DNA of 36,768 bases, from positions 1-36,768 of the IMG/VR virus record IMGVR_UViG_3300050132_000219. One strand, 5' to 3'. Under the pieces are notes generated by a model that had not been told where the DNA came from, searched no databases, and worked only from the letters and a program-made list of their open reading frames with translations. Below are positions 34,285-36,768 of this stretch, piece by piece. The DNA comes from a virus. Taxonomy: Duplodnaviria > Caudoviricetes. Position numbers and translations under genes: made by a program. The number at the start of each line of letters is the position of its first letter. The stretch's first letter is position 1.

Positions 34285-34300
34285 AGCAGTTACTGCTTTT
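34285..34300 (+). terminator. Possible weak terminator after the polymerase
   Basis: AGCAG-TTA-CTGCT followed by a short T run. Confidence 0.35.
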
Positions 34301-34321
34301 GTATCTTTTTAGCAACACTTT

Positions 34322-34368
34322 AAAATATTTTTAAAATTTTTTAAACTTTGCTAAAAAAGGAGCATAAT
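34322..34368 (+). promoter_or_regulatory. Putative early promoter
   Basis: TTTAAA, 17-nt spacer, CATAAT, with an upstream AT element matching 28057-28080 at 22 of 24 positions. Confidence 0.6.
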
Positions 34369-34437
34369 TCTCTCAACGCAACGAAATTCTTCGCTGCGTA
34401 CAAACTGAAAACTGAAAACTCTTAAAGGAAATAAATC

Positions 34438-35421
34438 ATGGTCGCTGCAGTAACAACTCGTGAAGATGGCTTTGCTGAAATGGCTTATATCGGTGAAAAA
34501 CCTTGGCATGGCCTTGGGCAAGAATTGACCGCTAATGCACCTATTGAAACCTGGGTGCAGCAAGCCGGTATGGAGTGGAAAATTAAACGCGGTGTTGTTC
34601 GCTATGCCACCGAGCGCGGCGATGACATGGGTCTCAAAGACATGCCGGATCAACACGTGCTCTTCCGTTCTGACACAAAGCAATCACTAGGCATTGTGTC
34701 TTCCAAATATCAAGTAGTCCAGCCTTCTGAAGTCTTGGAGTTTTTCCGTGACCTTACCGACGCCAATGGCTATACCCTCAACACGGCTGGCACTCTGTTT
34801 GACGGCCGTAAGTTTTGGGCCCTTGCCGCAATCGGAGAATCCGCTTGCGTCGTGGGTGATGACAAGGTTGAAGGCTTCTTGCTACTCAGCAGTAGCTGTG
34901 ACGGCACTCTTGCCACGACTGCCAGGTTTACAACGGTTCGGGTAGTCTGCAATAACACCCTTGGCATGGCTTTAAAGGGTACGGCGAAACATGAAATTAT
35001 TGTTCGCCACTCCACAAAGTTTGATGCTGAAGAGGCAAAACGGAACCTTGGGTTAGCCCGTGACGGCTTCAGTGAATTCCTCAAAGCCTCGCGCCAACTT
35101 GCTGCCAAGTCGGTTTCTAAGCAAACAGCTGCAGATTTTGTCGAGAAACTGCTCCGTGACACCAAGATGATCACGGCGCAAGACGTTACCAAGTCCACGC
35201 CGTATACCCGGATTCTTGAACTGTTTAACACCTCGGCGATGGGCGGCACTTTAATTAGCGCCGAAGGCACAGCCTGGGGCATGGTCAATGCGGTTACCGA
35301 GTATGTTGACCACCATGCCAAAGCGGCCAATGACAGCAATCGTATTGCCTCGGCCTGGTTCGGGCGTGGCGATGCCTTGAAGACTCAAGCCTTTGAACAA
35401 GCCCTGGTTTTGGCCGCGTAA
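34438..35421 (+). CDS. DUF932 / TIGR03299-family phage-plasmid protein
   Basis: PWHGLG, Y.VVQ, TAG.L..GR, DG...T....T.VRVVCNNTL and GTAWG..NAVTEYVDH. Confidence 0.9.
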   Translation: MVAAVTTREDGFAEMAYIGEKPWHGLGQELTANAPIETWVQQAGMEWKIKRGVVRYATERGDDMGLKDMPDQHVLFRSDTKQSLGIVSSKYQVVQPSEVLEFFRDLTDANGYTLNTAGTLFDGRKFWALAAIGESACVVGDDKVEGFLLLSSSCDGTLATTARFTTVRVVCNNTLGMALKGTAKHEIIVRHSTKFDAEEAKRNLGLARDGFSEFLKASRQLAAKSVSKQTAADFVEKLLRDTKMITAQDVTKSTPYTRILELFNTSAMGGTLISAEGTAWGMVNAVTEYVDHHAKAANDSNRIASAWFGRGDALKTQAFEQALVLAA

Positions 35422-35518
35422 CCTGATGACCTAGATAGCCTTATTAGCTCGTCGCAGCGAGCTAATGGATGCCACCTGGTGTCTTTTACTTACCACTTTT
35501 AAACTGGAGTTACAAATC

Positions 35519-36016
35519 ATGACTGATGCCATAAACGTTAAGACCGCAACTACCGCGGCGCTACTTGCTTTTTTCAATGCCAATACTGGTGGCGCGCAAG
35601 TCACCAAATTCAAAGACCATGCGACCGCAGAGACACGGGTCTCAAAACTGTTGGCCGAGATGGTTGCCGATGGCGACCTTGAGGCTTCCGAAGTTCTGGC
35701 TGTCAAAGCTCCCAAGGTACCAAAAGAGCCCAAGGTGCCCAAAGTTCCTAAAGAGCCCAAAGCTCCAAAGGTTGCCAAAGAGCCCAAGGTCAAGGCCGTC
35801 AAGGAGCCTAAGGCGCCTAAGATGCTCTTCATCACCAAACTCGGCCTGGGCGATTGTGGTGTCAAGATGAGTACCTTTCGCGGCCAGATCCTGCAAACCA
35901 TTCGCGATGCTGGAACTGCTGGCGCCAATAAGGCCCAAGTTGTTGCCAAGCATGCCTTGTACACGGCCGACGTGGTTTGCAAGTTCAAACGCCTGGGTTT
36001 CATCACTGAGGCCTAG
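35519..36016 (+). CDS. Early protein with Lys/Pro-rich repeat linker
   Basis: SD GGAG before ATG 35519. APKVPKEPKVPKVPKEPKAPKVAKEPK. Confidence 0.75.
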   Translation: MTDAINVKTATTAALLAFFNANTGGAQVTKFKDHATAETRVSKLLAEMVADGDLEASEVLAVKAPKVPKEPKVPKVPKEPKAPKVAKEPKVKAVKEPKAPKMLFITKLGLGDCGVKMSTFRGQILQTIRDAGTAGANKAQVVAKHALYTADVVCKFKRLGFITEA

Positions 36017-36075
36017 CCATTAAGGACACAATCTTTGAAGCCCTTGCGGTAAAACCTATCATTACTGAGACCATT

Positions 36076-36165
36076 ATGAAATCAGAAAAAATAGCGGATA
36101 TAGCTTTAGCCGTGCTAATCGGCGTGTCTTTAGCTTATCTGCTCTTTTTGGAGTTAAGTAAATGA
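36076..36165 (+). CDS. 29-aa single-TM peptide (not in ORF track)
   Basis: MKSEKIADIALAVLIGVSLAYLLFLELSK*. Its stop overlaps the next ATG (ATGA). Confidence 0.55.
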   Translation: MKSEKIADIALAVLIGVSLAYLLFLELSK

Positions 36166-36374
36166 CTAAATACCTTGAAAGCGATGACATTGAACTCGAG
36201 GGGGCCCCACGATATGTCGGGGCCATTGTGAAGTCTCGCACCGCAAATGTGTGGGCCTTACCTACCTACGTCCCTCCAAAGCACGAGTCTGTTCGCGATG
36301 GCGCGGATGACCACTTGCAGTGCAAGTCCTTGCCGCCAGAAGGTCAAGCAACTTACCCACGGGGTCACAAATGA
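36162..36374 (+). CDS. Hypothetical protein
   Basis: SD GGAG; ATGA overlaps on both sides. Confidence 0.7.
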   Translation: MTKYLESDDIELEGAPRYVGAIVKSRTANVWALPTYVPPKHESVRDGADDHLQCKSLPPEGQATYPRGHK

Positions 36375-36768
36375 CCAACAAATATGAATTCGTCCCAGGC
36401 GATGAAATCACTATCGCCCCAGGCCGCACAGTAAAGCGCATTCGTGCGCTTGTTGCGATTGCTGCTTTTGGCGTAATGCCAGGACAACTTGGCGGCTATG
36501 TCGAGTCAGACAAAAACTTAGCGCAGGTGTCCGGCAATGCGCAGGTGTCCGGCAATGCGTGGGTGTCCGGCGATGCACGGGTGTCCGGCAATGCGCAGGT
36601 GTCCGGCAATGCGCAGGTGTACGGCGATGCACGGGTGTACGGCAATGCGTGGGTGTACAGCAATGCGCGGGTGTCCGGCAATGCGCAGGTGTCCGGCGAT
36701 GCACGGGTGTACGGCAAGGCGTGGGTGTACAGCAATGCGCGGGTGTCCGGCAATGCACGGGTGTCCGG
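36371..36768 (+). CDS. Hexapeptide-repeat (left-handed beta-helix-like) protein, truncated by the window end
   Basis: MTNKYEF...RIRAL...GQLGGYVESDKNL, then (A[QWR]V[SY][GS][NDK])n. Not in ORF track because no stop is reached. Confidence 0.85.
   Translation, partial: MTNKYEFVPGDEITIAPGRTVKRIRALVAIAAFGVMPGQLGGYVESDKNLAQVSGNAQVSGNAWVSGDARVSGNAQVSGNAQVYGDARVYGNAWVYSNARVSGNAQVSGDARVYGKAWVYSNARVSGNARVS
36521..36768 (+). repeat. 18-bp coding tandem repeat, 13 full copies and 1 partial
   Basis: Unit GC(G/A)-(CAG/TGG/CGG)-GTG-T(C/A)C-(G/A)GC-(AAT/GAT/AAG). Confidence 0.95.

Noticed and set aside
35423-35480. Hammerhead ribozyme suggested by CTGATGA
   Set aside because: No GAAA follows a stem II; only a simple hairpin is present.
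36411-36758. Cys/His-rich minus-strand repeat ORFs
   Set aside because: They are antisense translations of the hexapeptide repeat gene.
36521-36768. Possible CRISPR array
   Set aside because: The 18-bp units are contiguous, have no unique spacers and encode an in-frame protein repeat.

Overview
This window is a 36.8 kb segment of a tailed dsDNA phage, probably podovirus-like, that infects a Gram-negative host. No host genes, integrase or clear repressor are visible. Positions 1-21.8 kb (minus strand) hold the late region: TerS, TerL, a 677-aa PcfJ-like protein, a large portal, several small proteins, a Tad2-like (DUF2829) anti-defence protein, a GroES-like co-chaperonin, scaffold, major capsid protein, virion proteins, tail fibre and a holin/GH19 endolysin/Rz-Rz1 lysis cassette. 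Positions 22-28 kb (minus strand) carry VRR-NUC, a putative origin, a primase-helicase, a DUF2800 nuclease and an SNF2-like helicase. Positions 28-36.8 kb (plus strand) carry a DUF2815 SSB, a structured RNA candidate, tRNA-Tyr, a nucleotide-metabolism cluster, family A DNA polymerase and early genes. Three freestanding homing endonucleases are present. The best candidates for new biology are: (1) a thymidylate-synthase homolog with the dCMP-specifying Asp (GLPFD) next to a dCMP deaminase and a MazG-like enzyme, implying 5-methyl-dCMP chemistry; (2) a shared [FYM]xxGGx[VAC] peptide motif in head-region proteins; (3) a hydrophobic 35-aa leader on the capsid protein; (4) a bulged-G hairpin RNA abutting the tRNA. 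Family assignments come from recognising motifs by eye; no database search was run.
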